From an uncultured Tenacibaculum sp. (GTDB taxonomy: Bacteria > Bacteroidota > Bacteroidia > Flavobacteriales > Flavobacteriaceae): 64,000 nt of DNA. The first letter of the stretch is position 1; each line of letters opens with the position of its first letter. Of this stretch, positions 1-9,517 are shown in pieces. A model generated the notes under the pieces. That model did no database searches. It worked only from the letters and a program-made list of their open reading frames with translations, and was not told the DNA's origin. The translations under genes and the position numbers were made by a program. Where the stretch lies: NCBI RefSeq assembly GCF_947499065.1, contig NZ_CANMMT010000002.1, positions 59,313 to 123,312 of the forward strand, in the 5' to 3' direction.

Positions 1-2
1 CA

Positions 3-446
3 GCACCAAAAGGTGTCAAAATGGGATCTATCGGTGGTGGAGGTCGTTATGACGACTTGACAGGAATTTTTGGACTAAAAGATGTAAGTGGAGTTGGAAT
101 TTCTTTTGGGTTAGATCGTATCTACCTGGTTATGGAAGAACTGAATTTATTTGAGGCAGTAGAATTACCTAAGCCAAAAGTATTATTCATAAATTTTGAT
201 GAAAGTCAGAGTTTATCTAAGATTAAAGCGATTAAAGAATTAAGAAATAACAACATAAAATCTGAATTATATCCAGATGTAGCTGGAAGTATTAAACAAC
301 AAAAGAAACAATGGAAGTATGCTACGAATAGAGAAATTGATTTTGTAGTAACAGATATAGAAAACGGTACACTTGTTGTTAAAAATATGAAGGCAGGAGA
401 ACAATTTAATTGTACTGTCAACGAATTGATTAACAAACTACAGTAA
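3..446 (+). CDS. hisS: Histidyl-tRNA synthetase, C-terminal part (gene begins before the window)
   Basis: GSIGGGGRYDDL...GVGISFGLDRI motif 3 followed by an anticodon-binding domain; frame is open from base 3. Confidence 0.93.
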   Translation, partial: APKGVKMGSIGGGGRYDDLTGIFGLKDVSGVGISFGLDRIYLVMEELNLFEAVELPKPKVLFINFDESQSLSKIKAIKELRNNNIKSELYPDVAGSIKQQKKQWKYATNREIDFVVTDIENGTLVVKNMKAGEQFNCTVNELINKLQ

Positions 447-464
447 ATTAACAACATTATATTG

Positions 465-472
465 TAAATTTG
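465..472 (+). promoter_or_regulatory. Bacteroidetes sigma70 -7 element upstream of folE
   Basis: TAAATTTG matches TAnnTTTG, 20 nt before the ORF. Confidence 0.55.
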
Positions 473-492
473 CGCCTTAATAACAGAAAGAA

Positions 493-1185
493 ATGTTTGA
501 AGTGAATAACAACAAAATGAATGACGAAAGAATAGATGAGATTGGGGAGAACCACGTAGGTACCTCAGCTCAAACTCCATTAAGAGCAGATGCTTTTGAT
601 ATTTCGGATAAAGAAAAAATAGAAAAAATACAGGAAAGTGTTAAAGATATTCTAGAAACTTTAGGAATGGATTTAACAGATGATAGTATGCAAGGAACTC
701 CTAAAAGAGTAGCTAAAGCTTTTGTTAATGAATTATTCATGGGATTAAACCCAAAGAACAAACCTGCTGCATCTACTTTTGATAATACCTATAAGTACGG
801 TGAAATGTTAGTAGAAAAAAATATCATTGTATATTCTACTTGTGAGCACCACTTATTACCAATTATAGGAAGAGCACATGTGGCTTATATTTCAAAAGGA
901 AAAGTTATTGGTTTATCTAAAATGAACCGTATTGTTGAGTATTATGCTAAACGTCCACAAGTACAAGAGCGTTTAACAATGCAAGTAGTACAGGCAATGC
1001 AAGAAGCTTTAGGAACAGATGATGTTGCTTGTGTTATTGATGCAAAACATTTATGTGTAAATTCTAGAGGAATTAAAGATATAGAAAGTAGTACAGTAAC
1101 AGCTGAGTTTGGTGGAGCGTTTAAAAACAAAGAAACTAAACGTGAGTTCTTAGACTATATAAAATTAAATACTGACTTCCAATAG
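493..1185 (+). CDS. folE: GTP cyclohydrolase I
   Basis: TPKRVAK, CEHHLLP, GLSKMNRIV, RPQVQERLT, HLCVNSRG motifs; the start could be a downstream ATG. Confidence 0.97.
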   Translation: MFEVNNNKMNDERIDEIGENHVGTSAQTPLRADAFDISDKEKIEKIQESVKDILETLGMDLTDDSMQGTPKRVAKAFVNELFMGLNPKNKPAASTFDNTYKYGEMLVEKNIIVYSTCEHHLLPIIGRAHVAYISKGKVIGLSKMNRIVEYYAKRPQVQERLTMQVVQAMQEALGTDDVACVIDAKHLCVNSRGIKDIESSTVTAEFGGAFKNKETKREFLDYIKLNTDFQ

Positions 1186-1208
1186 TAAAAAAGTCTTTAC
1201 AAATATTT

Positions 1209-1243
1209 AAAAAACTCTCAACTTTTAAAGTTGAGAGTTTTTT
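1209..1243 (+). terminator. Intrinsic terminator of folE
   Basis: aaaaaactctcaactt-tta-aagttgagagtttttt. Confidence 0.85.
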
Positions 1244-1419
1244 GTTTTAGTATAGTTTGATAATAGCTTAATATAAAAGGAAAGTAGGCATAATAAAATC
1301 CTTTAAACCTCATTTATAAATTAACAGCTATTTACAATAAATTAAAGTTTACTTTCTTCACTTAACAATTCTATTACGCTAAAATAGCTTTCTCTAAAAG
1401 TTTTCTTAATATTAAAAAG

Positions 1420-1434
1420 TTTACAAATAGTAAA
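1420..1434. promoter_or_regulatory. Candidate operator TTTAC-N5-GTAAA upstream of the TonB receptor
   Basis: TTTACAAATAGTAAA; near-identical copies at 7599 and 7629. Confidence 0.5.
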
Positions 1435-1486
1435 ATTATATAGTGATTTGTAGTGATTAAATTTAACTATTGTAAAACTAAACGAA

Positions 1487-4336
1487 ATGAATTATTTAAA
1501 ACTTTTATTAAGTACAATACTTGTTCTTTTTATAAGTACTGCTGTTTTAGCACAAAAATCTACCATTACTGGGGTAGTTAGCGATGGAAGTTATCCACTT
1601 CCAGGAGCTAGTGTTGTAGTTGTAGGAACTACAAAAGGGGTAAATACAGATATTGATGGAAACTTTGTCTTGAGTAAAGTCGGTATTGGAGAAATCGAAT
1701 TAGAAATATCATATATAGGTTTTCAAGCAAAAAAAGTAAAAGTATCCTTAGAGGAAGGAGCTCAAAAAAATATAGGAGTTGTAACATTAATTTCTTCTTC
1801 ACAAGAATTAGATGAAGTAATTATTAGCGGTGGTACACGAAGAAATAGCGAAGCTAAAGCATTAAGTATTCAAAAGAAATCGATGAGTATTATGAATGTT
1901 ATTGCAGCTGATGGTATAGGTAAATTACCAGATCGTAATGCTGCAGAAACTGTTCAACGTATTCAAGGATTATCTATAGAAAGAGACCAAGGAGAAGGGC
2001 GTTTTGTATCGGTAAGAGGATTGCCACCATTTTGGACATCTACCACTATTAACGGAAATAGAATTCCAACTGCTGAAGAAGAAACTACTTCAAGAGCTAC
2101 AGCATTCGATTTTTTTCCTTCAGAATTAATATCGTATGTACAAGCTGCAAAAGCATTTACTCCCGATATGGAAGCTGATGGAATTGGAGGAGGAGTAAAT
2201 TTTATAACGCAAACAGCTCCTACGAAACAAATTTTAAGTATAAACATTGGAGGAGGTTATAACGATAAATCAGGTAAGCCAATTTATAACGCGTCGTTAA
2301 CTTATGGTAATAAAAGTAAGGATGGAAAGTTTGGTTTTATTATCAATGGATCCTATTGGAATAGAAACTGGGGAACAGATAATTTTGAAGCTCGTAGAAA
2401 AGGAGATGAAGGAGTGTTTAGAATGGAGTTAAGAGATTATAATGGTGTAAGAATAACAACAGGTTTAAATGGAGCTATGGAGTATAATTTTACACCAGAT
2501 TATAAAATGTACTTCAGAGGAGTTTATGGTACGTTATCAGATACAGAAACACATTACAAACACAGAGTTCGTTTTGATAAATTCGATTCAGGTACCAATA
2601 CAGCTAGAGTAGAATTACAAAATATTTATAACGAACTTATTACAGAAATGTTTGGTGGAGAGCTTGGAGGAAAGCATTCATTAATAAACGGTAAGCTTGA
2701 TTGGAGTATTGCTTCTTATTCAAATGAATTTAGATATGGAAACATTCCTACAGCAAAAGATAAAAGTTATTATGTAGTTAAGTTTAAACAAGATGGTATT
2801 GGTATAAAACCAACATACTTAGATAATAGACCAACAGCCAATGGAGGAGCAGGAGATGATAGAGCATATTGGAAAGCAGATGGAGGTTTGTTAGACTATA
2901 ATGATACAGACGCCTTATTTGGTTTCTTTAGTGACCCAAATTTTAAAATGGATGCAACACAAATGTCTTTTTCTGATTTAGAGTTATATAAAATTTCAAT
3001 TAAAGAGCGAGATAATATAGTAGCTGCATTAAATTATGAACATACTATAAACGATAATTTTAAAATTAAAGTAGGAACAAAGTTTAGAGATAAAGATCGT
3101 AGAGCAACATTTGAAGATTTGTATTATGGATGGTCAGGAACAGGAGCTACACCAGTTTTATCAGATTATTCACAGTATTTAATGAATCAACCAGGGAAGG
3201 GAGATTTCTTAAAAGAAATGGGGTCTAATATTCAATCAACATTTAGTCCAGTACTATCTCAAGCTGGAATGAAAAACTTTTGGATAACAAATCAAGCTAA
3301 TTTATCAGTTTTACCAGGAGATTCATCAGCCTTACAATTTAATAGCGGTTTAGGTAGAAACTTTAATGTAGATGAAACTCATTTATCATTCTATGGTATG
3401 GGAACTTTAAAAGCATCTGAACAATGGACTATTTTAGGAGGTTTAAGAGCTACAAAAACAGAAACAAAAGTAGATGGGTATGTTGTTGAAAACAATGTTT
3501 TAACCAAAGCTATGAATACGAAAAGTTATTGGGCAGTATTACCAATGTTACACATTAAATATTCTCCAAAAAAGGATATGAATATTCGTTTTGCAGCTAC
3601 AAGAAGTTTTTCAAGGCCAAATTTTGGAGACATTTCACCATCTGGAACTTTTATTTCTTTCGATAACGAATTTAAAGGAGGGAATCCAAACTTAAATCCA
3701 ACATTTTCATGGAATTTCGATTTGTTAGGAGAGTATTATTTTAAAAATGTAGGAGTAATCAATGCAGGTTTTTTCTATAAATCAATAACAGATCCAGTAT
3801 TTAATGATACTTATCAAGGAACTTATAATGGACAAGCTGGAGTGGAATTTAGTACACCAACAAACGGTGCTGATGCTTGGATTGCTGGTATGGAATTAGG
3901 AATAAATAAGCGTTTTGATTTCTTACCAGGTTTCTTAAAATACTTTGGAACACAAGTAAATGTAACATTTATGGATTCCGAAATGACAAAGCCAAGTGGT
4001 AGAAAAGTATCTACTCCATACCAAGCAGGAACTTTATTTAATGCTCAATTGTTCTTTGAAAAAGGAGGTTTTAATACAAGGTTAGCATTCAATCATAAAG
4101 GAAGCTATGCTATTGGGTTTGGAGAAAGAGACATAGATGATGTATACTATGGAACTTACAATACTTTAGATTTTTCTGCATCGTATCAAATAGGGAAAAA
4201 TTGGACTATATATACTGATGTAAATAACATTTTAAACAATCCTCTAATTTATCACTATGGGAAAACAGAGGATCGTCCTAAACAAGTAGAATACTATGGT
4301 ATTAAAGGAAACATTGGTGTGAAGTTTAGTCTATAA
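1487..4336 (+). CDS. TonB-dependent receptor (N-terminal CarboxypepD_reg-like domain, plug, barrel), likely phosphonate/organophosphorus uptake
   Basis: Signal peptide, RNAAETVQRIQGLSIERDQGEGRFVSVRGL plug motif, C-terminal GVKFSL beta-strand; substrate inferred from gene context only. Confidence 0.9.
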   Translation: MNYLKLLLSTILVLFISTAVLAQKSTITGVVSDGSYPLPGASVVVVGTTKGVNTDIDGNFVLSKVGIGEIELEISYIGFQAKKVKVSLEEGAQKNIGVVTLISSSQELDEVIISGGTRRNSEAKALSIQKKSMSIMNVIAADGIGKLPDRNAAETVQRIQGLSIERDQGEGRFVSVRGLPPFWTSTTINGNRIPTAEEETTSRATAFDFFPSELISYVQAAKAFTPDMEADGIGGGVNFITQTAPTKQILSINIGGGYNDKSGKPIYNASLTYGNKSKDGKFGFIINGSYWNRNWGTDNFEARRKGDEGVFRMELRDYNGVRITTGLNGAMEYNFTPDYKMYFRGVYGTLSDTETHYKHRVRFDKFDSGTNTARVELQNIYNELITEMFGGELGGKHSLINGKLDWSIASYSNEFRYGNIPTAKDKSYYVVKFKQDGIGIKPTYLDNRPTANGGAGDDRAYWKADGGLLDYNDTDALFGFFSDPNFKMDATQMSFSDLELYKISIKERDNIVAALNYEHTINDNFKIKVGTKFRDKDRRATFEDLYYGWSGTGATPVLSDYSQYLMNQPGKGDFLKEMGSNIQSTFSPVLSQAGMKNFWITNQANLSVLPGDSSALQFNSGLGRNFNVDETHLSFYGMGTLKASEQWTILGGLRATKTETKVDGYVVENNVLTKAMNTKSYWAVLPMLHIKYSPKKDMNIRFAATRSFSRPNFGDISPSGTFISFDNEFKGGNPNLNPTFSWNFDLLGEYYFKNVGVINAGFFYKSITDPVFNDTYQGTYNGQAGVEFSTPTNGADAWIAGMELGINKRFDFLPGFLKYFGTQVNVTFMDSEMTKPSGRKVSTPYQAGTLFNAQLFFEKGGFNTRLAFNHKGSYAIGFGERDIDDVYYGTYNTLDFSASYQIGKNWTIYTDVNNILNNPLIYHYGKTEDRPKQVEYYGIKGNIGVKFSL

Positions 4337-4371
4337 GCTATGAGTAAAGATTTGAATTAAATGCAAAAACA

Positions 4372-4395
4372 AAGCTCTCAAATACTTGAGAGCTT
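4372..4395 (+). other. Intra-operonic stem-loop after the TonB receptor gene
   Basis: aagctctcaa-atac-ttgagagctt, followed by gttctg with no strong U-run. Confidence 0.65.
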
Positions 4396-4415
4396 GTTCT
4401 GTAAAATAAAAAAAT

Positions 4416-5684
4416 ATGCGTTTACGATTTTTATTACAAGCCTCCATAGCCGCATTCGGAACTTATTTCTGTATGTATGCATTTAGGAAACCATTTACGG
4501 TAGCAACATTTGCTAACGAATCATTCATAGGAATAGATTTTAAAATATTACTCATAATAGCTCAAGTAATAGGGTATACACTATCTAAGTTTATAGGAAT
4601 TAGAATAATAGCTGAGATGAAAAGCTCAAAAAGAATGATGTTTTTAATAGGCTTTATTCTTTTTGCTGAATTAGCTCTTTTAGGTTTTGCTACAGTTCCT
4701 GCTCCTTATAATATAGTATGTTTATTTTTTAATGGACTTCCTTTAGGAATGATTTGGGGAATAGTATTTTCCTATTTAGAAGGAAGAAAAGCTACAGAGT
4801 TATTGGGAGTTATTTTATCATCAAGTTTTATCGTGTCTTCAGGCGCTGTAAAATCGGTAGGTAAAATAGTTTTAGATACATTTCACTTTAATGAATATTG
4901 GATGCCTTTTATAACAGGAGGATTTTTTATTATTCCACTAATCTTTTTTGCTTGGTTATTAGAAAGACTACCAGAACCAACAAAAGAAGATAAATTGCTT
5001 AGAACAGTAAGAAAACCATTAGATAAAACTGAAAGAAAGAGGTTGTTTAGAAAGTTTGTAATTCCATTAACTCTTATAGTTTTCTTCTTTATGCTATTGA
5101 CATCTATTAGAGATTTTAGAGACAATTTTGCAAGAGAAATTTGGGATGCATTAGGGTATGAAGACGCATCAATTTATAGTATATCAGAAATACCAATAGC
5201 AATAACAGTACTAATAGTTTTAGGTTTTATAGGGAGCATAACTAAAAACTTTAAAGCTTTTATGTATTATCATTATGTATTGATAATTGGCTGTACTTCA
5301 ATTATCATTTCGACTTTATTATTTCAGCAGTCATTAATTTCTCCCTTAGTATGGATGACGGTTTCAGGATTAGGTTTGTATAGTTGCTATGTACCATTCA
5401 ATGGAATTTTCTTTGATAGAATGATAGCAACTTTTAAAATTAAAGGAAACGTAGGTTTTTTAATATACATAGCAGATGCATTCGGTTATTTGGGTAGTAT
5501 ACTCATTTTACTATATAAAAACTTTGGAAAAGGCGATATTTCTTGGCTAAGCTTTTTCATAACAGCTTTATACTTTTTAGCATTTATAGGGCTAATAATA
5601 ACTACTTATTGTTTTCAATTTTTTAGAAGAAAATATAAAAAACCAATACAAATACAAGAATTAATTTATGAACAACAAATATGA
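4416..5684 (+). CDS. DUF5690-type MFS-like membrane transporter
   Basis: About 12 hydrophobic helices; YFCMYAFRKPF, SSSFIVSSG, RDFRDNF and YIADAFGYLGS motifs recalled for this family. Confidence 0.8.
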   Translation: MRLRFLLQASIAAFGTYFCMYAFRKPFTVATFANESFIGIDFKILLIIAQVIGYTLSKFIGIRIIAEMKSSKRMMFLIGFILFAELALLGFATVPAPYNIVCLFFNGLPLGMIWGIVFSYLEGRKATELLGVILSSSFIVSSGAVKSVGKIVLDTFHFNEYWMPFITGGFFIIPLIFFAWLLERLPEPTKEDKLLRTVRKPLDKTERKRLFRKFVIPLTLIVFFFMLLTSIRDFRDNFAREIWDALGYEDASIYSISEIPIAITVLIVLGFIGSITKNFKAFMYYHYVLIIGCTSIIISTLLFQQSLISPLVWMTVSGLGLYSCYVPFNGIFFDRMIATFKIKGNVGFLIYIADAFGYLGSILILLYKNFGKGDISWLSFFITALYFLAFIGLIITTYCFQFFRRKYKKPIQIQELIYEQQI

Positions 5685-6834
5685 TTTAATTGTAGTGGGA
5701 GGTGGAGTTTTAGGAACTTTCCACGCATATCATGCAGCAAAAAAAGGACTATCGGTAATAATTTTAGAAAAAGATGCAAAACCGAATGGAGCTACAGTAC
5801 GCAATTTTGGGCAAGTAGTTCCTTCAGGGATGAATCAGAAATGGCAAAACTTTGGAAGAGAAAGTTTAGCTATTTATAAAGAAATTCAAAAAGAATTTGA
5901 TATTACTATTAGGCAAAATGGAACGGTATATCTAGCATCAAATGAAGAAGAGGTTCAGTTGATAGAAGAACTTCATGAAATTAATAAGCAAAATAATTAT
6001 ACATCTGAACTATTTACAAAACAGCAATGTTTAAATAAGTATGACGGTTTGCGAAGTGATTATTGTAAAGCAGGTTTATTTTTTCCTCAAGAAGTAACGG
6101 TAGAGCCAAGAACAATGATTTTACAATTACATTCTTTTTTAAGAGAACAAGGTATTCAAGTTTGTTATAATACCACAGTAATAAATACAGAAGAAATAAA
6201 TGGAGAAGTACAAGTAACATCTTCAAATGGAGAAGAGTTTAAAGCATTGAAAGTTTTGATATGCAACGGATCAGATTTTAAAACCTTATATCCTTCAATT
6301 TATAATGAAAGTGATTTAGTTGTTTCTAAATTACAAATGATGCAAACAAAACCACAAGGTAATTATAGGTTAAATGGATCTATTTTAACAGGTTTAACCA
6401 TTAGACGTTATGAAGCTTTTGAAGAATGTTCATCATGGAATTTAATCAAATCGAAAGAAAATCCAAATAGTTTTGAAAAGAAATATGGAGTGCACATATT
6501 ATTTAAGCAAGCTACAGACGGATCTATAATATTAGGTGATTCACATGAATATGCAGATGCAAAGAATATTGACAGTTTAGGTTTCGATTTAAAAGAAGAA
6601 ATTGACAGTTTTATGTTACAAGAAGCAAAGAAAATTATAGAGCTACCAAACTATGAAATCCAGCATCGTTGGGCAGGATTTTATAGTCAATGTAAAACCA
6701 AAGACATTTTTGAACACACTATAGGAGATAATATACATATAGTAACAGGTATAGGAGGGAAAGGAATGACGGGTAGCGCTGGATTTTCAAAAGAAAAAAT
6801 TAATAAGGTATTTAATTTAGTATATGATAAATAA
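5668..6834 (+). CDS. FAD-dependent oxidoreductase, TIGR03364/DAO family (phosphonate-cluster associated)
   Basis: GGGVLG Rossmann motif, GATVRNFGQVVPSG, C-terminal TGIGGKGMTGS; overlaps the upstream gene by 17 nt. Confidence 0.85.
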   Translation: MNNKYDLIVVGGGVLGTFHAYHAAKKGLSVIILEKDAKPNGATVRNFGQVVPSGMNQKWQNFGRESLAIYKEIQKEFDITIRQNGTVYLASNEEEVQLIEELHEINKQNNYTSELFTKQQCLNKYDGLRSDYCKAGLFFPQEVTVEPRTMILQLHSFLREQGIQVCYNTTVINTEEINGEVQVTSSNGEEFKALKVLICNGSDFKTLYPSIYNESDLVVSKLQMMQTKPQGNYRLNGSILTGLTIRRYEAFEECSSWNLIKSKENPNSFEKKYGVHILFKQATDGSIILGDSHEYADAKNIDSLGFDLKEEIDSFMLQEAKKIIELPNYEIQHRWAGFYSQCKTKDIFEHTIGDNIHIVTGIGGKGMTGSAGFSKEKINKVFNLVYDK

Positions 6835-7501
6835 AGAGATACAAATGGTTGTTTTTGATATGGCAGGAACAACAGTAGATGAACAAAATGTAGTTTATAA
6901 AACGTTGCATAAAGCGTTAAATGAACATGGAGTTGATGTAGATTTAGCTACAGTTTTAAAACTAGGAGCTGGTAAGGAAAAGCATCAGGCAATAAAAGAT
7001 GTATTGAACTATAGTAAACCAAATCAATTAATAGAATCAGAAACCATTTTTGAAGATTTCAAAGTCTTATTAAATAAAGCTTATAAAGATTTAGAAGTAA
7101 AACCAATAAAAGGGGTACAAAGAGTTTTATTAAATCTTAGAGAAGAAGGTATAAAAGTAGTTTTAAATACAGGGTATAATAGAGAAGTAGCTACTTTATT
7201 ATTGGAAAAATTACAATGGGATGAAAAGATACATTACGATGCACTTATAACAGCAAGCGATGTAGTAAAAGGACGTCCTCATCCTGATATGATTTTTAAA
7301 GCAATGGAGTTGTTTAATATAACAGATGCTTCTACAGTTTTAAAGGCAGGTGACTCTGCTATAGATATAGCAGAAGGAAAAAATGCAGGCTGTGGAATAA
7401 CAATAGGTGTATTGTCTGGAGCACAAACTCAAGAACAACTAGAAGAAGAAAAACCAACCTATATTTTAAATTCGTTAACAGCTATTAATGAAGTTTTTTG
7501 A
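6824..7501 (+). CDS. Phosphonatase-like HAD hydrolase (PhnX-like)
   Basis: FDMAGTTVD (DxxGT rather than DxDGT), LNTG, GRPHPDM, KAGDSAID, GKNAG motifs; Lys53 in the cap domain. Confidence 0.85.
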   Translation: MINKEIQMVVFDMAGTTVDEQNVVYKTLHKALNEHGVDVDLATVLKLGAGKEKHQAIKDVLNYSKPNQLIESETIFEDFKVLLNKAYKDLEVKPIKGVQRVLLNLREEGIKVVLNTGYNREVATLLLEKLQWDEKIHYDALITASDVVKGRPHPDMIFKAMELFNITDASTVLKAGDSAIDIAEGKNAGCGITIGVLSGAQTQEQLEEEKPTYILNSLTAINEVF

Positions 7502-7598
7502 TAGTTTAAATAATTGTAAAACATTTGTTTATGAAAATTAAAGTTAATGTTAGCTAGATTATTATAAGATTAATATTCATAAAGTAGGGTCTTGAAAG

Positions 7599-7643
7599 TT
7601 TACTAATAGTATATATTTAAATAACAAATTAACTAATAGTAAA
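7599..7643. promoter_or_regulatory. Two candidate operator copies upstream of the phosphatase-hemopexin gene
   Basis: TTTACTAATAGTATA (7599-7613) and TTAACTAATAGTAAA (7629-7643). Confidence 0.5.
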
Positions 7644-7652
7644 CTTTTTTTT

Positions 7653-9470
7653 ATGAAAACAAATTATTTTTTAAAGCTTTTGGCTTTAACTTTTACACTA
7701 ACAATTACAAGTTGTCAGGAAAACGGATTGGAAGAGATAACTTCTAAACAAAAAAAATCAAGTAAAAATGTTGGATCAAAATCATCGCTAAAAAAGAAGG
7801 TTTTGGTTGTAGGTTTTGATGGTATCCAGTTTGAGAAAATTTCAGAAACATCAACACCAAATTTAGATAAGCTAAATATTGTGAAAGCTTATGCTGGTGG
7901 AATTGATAATACAGCATCAGAGCAAAAAACAAGTAGTGGACCAGGTTGGACTACTATTTTAACAGGAGTTTGGGTAAACAAACATGGTGTAGCTGATAAT
8001 AGTACATCAAACAAATCTAAAGTAAAGAGTGTTTTTGAGTTAATTAAAAACTCTAAACAAAATTTAAAAACAGCAAGTGTAGTTACTTGGGCTCCAATTC
8101 ATGACTTTTTTAGAGATAAATTAAATTTTATCGATTATCATTCTAAGAGCGGAGGAGATGAAAACAGTGTAACAGGAGCTATTCATGCAATTAAAAATGA
8201 AGAATCAGATTTCGTTTTTGTTCATTTAGATGATGTAGATGGAGTAGGACATTCATTGGGGTTTGGTACTTCATATAACAAAGCAATAACGAAAGCAGAT
8301 GAGCAATTTGGAAGAATTGTAGCTGAAATTGAAAAAAGAACTGATGAAGATTGGTTAATTATGGTGGTTACCGATCATGGTAGAGGAAGTGGTGGATATA
8401 ACCATGGAGGACAAACTACTCAAGAGAAAACTATATTTGTGGGAATGAATAAAGTGGGAAATGAAGAGTTTACTTCTTCAGTACCTACAATTCCAAATAA
8501 AGACTATCAAGGAATTTATGGTTATGTAGCTCAAACAGCTATAGTACCATCGGTATTAACCCATTTAGGTATTTCAATTCAAAAAGAATGGCAACTAAAT
8601 AGTACTTCATTAATTGGTAATGTTGGAGTTAGAAAAGTTATGATGCATAACTTAAACACAATTTATTGGAGTTCTAATTCATCAGGTAATGTTGAAATTT
8701 ATAAGAATAATTCTTTCTTAAGTTCTGTTTCAGCGTCACAAGGTTTGTATTCAGATATTAGTTCTGATGGAAGTGTTAATTATACATTAATGTTAAACGG
8801 ACAAAGTGGTTCAGTAGCTTTAAATAATTCAAAAATTATAGCGGGGTTAGATTGGAATGATATGATAAATAACAGAGCTTATTTTTTTAGAAGTGATAAT
8901 AAGTATGTGCGTTACAATAAAACATTGGATAAATCAGATAGTGGATATCCAAAGGAAACAAATAATAGTTCATGGCCAGGACTTGGAGCGTATAAAGAAG
9001 CAATTAGCGCAGCTTTTAAATGGCATAATAATAAAGGGTACTTTTTTTTGAATGACGGTAGATATATACGTTACGATATGAATTCAGATTCGGTAGACTC
9101 AGGGTATCCAACTACAATTACAAATGGAAATTGGCCAGGTCTAGACTCATATAAAAATAAAATAATAGCAGCACTAAATTGGAATAATAGTAAGGCATAC
9201 TTCTTTTTAAATGATGGAACCTATATTAGATATAGTATTAGTAATGATGAGGTTGATTCTGGATATCCAAAGCCAATAAATAATAGTACATGGCCAGGAT
9301 TAGGAGATTATAAGACTAAAATTACTGCAGCTGTAGATTGGAACTCGACATTTTGTTATTTCTTTTTAGATAATAATACGTATATAAAGTATAGCAAAAT
9401 AACAGATAGTGCAGTTTCAGGATATCCAAAGCCTGTAAATAACAGTACATGGCCAGGGTTAAACAATTAA
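7653..9470 (+). CDS. Lipoprotein: alkaline-phosphatase-superfamily (NPP/phosphodiesterase-type) domain plus a 4-blade hemopexin-like domain
   Basis: Lipobox ITSC; VVGFDG, SSGPGW, HLDDVDGVGH and TDHG metal/nucleophile motifs; four C-terminal YFF..GYP..WPGL repeats. Confidence 0.85.
   Translation: MKTNYFLKLLALTFTLTITSCQENGLEEITSKQKKSSKNVGSKSSLKKKVLVVGFDGIQFEKISETSTPNLDKLNIVKAYAGGIDNTASEQKTSSGPGWTTILTGVWVNKHGVADNSTSNKSKVKSVFELIKNSKQNLKTASVVTWAPIHDFFRDKLNFIDYHSKSGGDENSVTGAIHAIKNEESDFVFVHLDDVDGVGHSLGFGTSYNKAITKADEQFGRIVAEIEKRTDEDWLIMVVTDHGRGSGGYNHGGQTTQEKTIFVGMNKVGNEEFTSSVPTIPNKDYQGIYGYVAQTAIVPSVLTHLGISIQKEWQLNSTSLIGNVGVRKVMMHNLNTIYWSSNSSGNVEIYKNNSFLSSVSASQGLYSDISSDGSVNYTLMLNGQSGSVALNNSKIIAGLDWNDMINNRAYFFRSDNKYVRYNKTLDKSDSGYPKETNNSSWPGLGAYKEAISAAFKWHNNKGYFFLNDGRYIRYDMNSDSVDSGYPTTITNGNWPGLDSYKNKIIAALNWNNSKAYFFLNDGTYIRYSISNDEVDSGYPKPINNSTWPGLGDYKTKITAAVDWNSTFCYFFLDNNTYIKYSKITDSAVSGYPKPVNNSTWPGLNN
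8835..9467 (+). repeat. Four hemopexin-like repeats with exact 159-nt (53-aa) period
   Basis: tggccagg at 8973, 9132, 9291 and 9450. Confidence 0.9.
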
Positions 9471-9483
9471 GAATAAAATTTTA

Positions 9484-9517
9484 AAATAGGTAGAATTCGA
9501 ATGAGTTCTGCCTATTT
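9484..9517. terminator. Terminator between the convergent phosphatase and XRE genes
   Basis: 15-bp stem aaataggtagaattc/gagttctgcctattt with two G-U pairs on the + strand; overlaps the XRE stop codon. Confidence 0.75.

Noticed and set aside
1196-1210. Fourth copy of the phosphonate-cluster operator (TTTACAAATATTTAA)
   Set aside because: Right half is degenerate and it lies upstream of the folE terminator; probably AT-rich chance
8835-9467. Regularly spaced DNA repeats, superficially array-like
   Set aside because: In-frame 159-nt protein-coding hemopexin repeats, not CRISPR; no cas genes and no spacer/repeat structure
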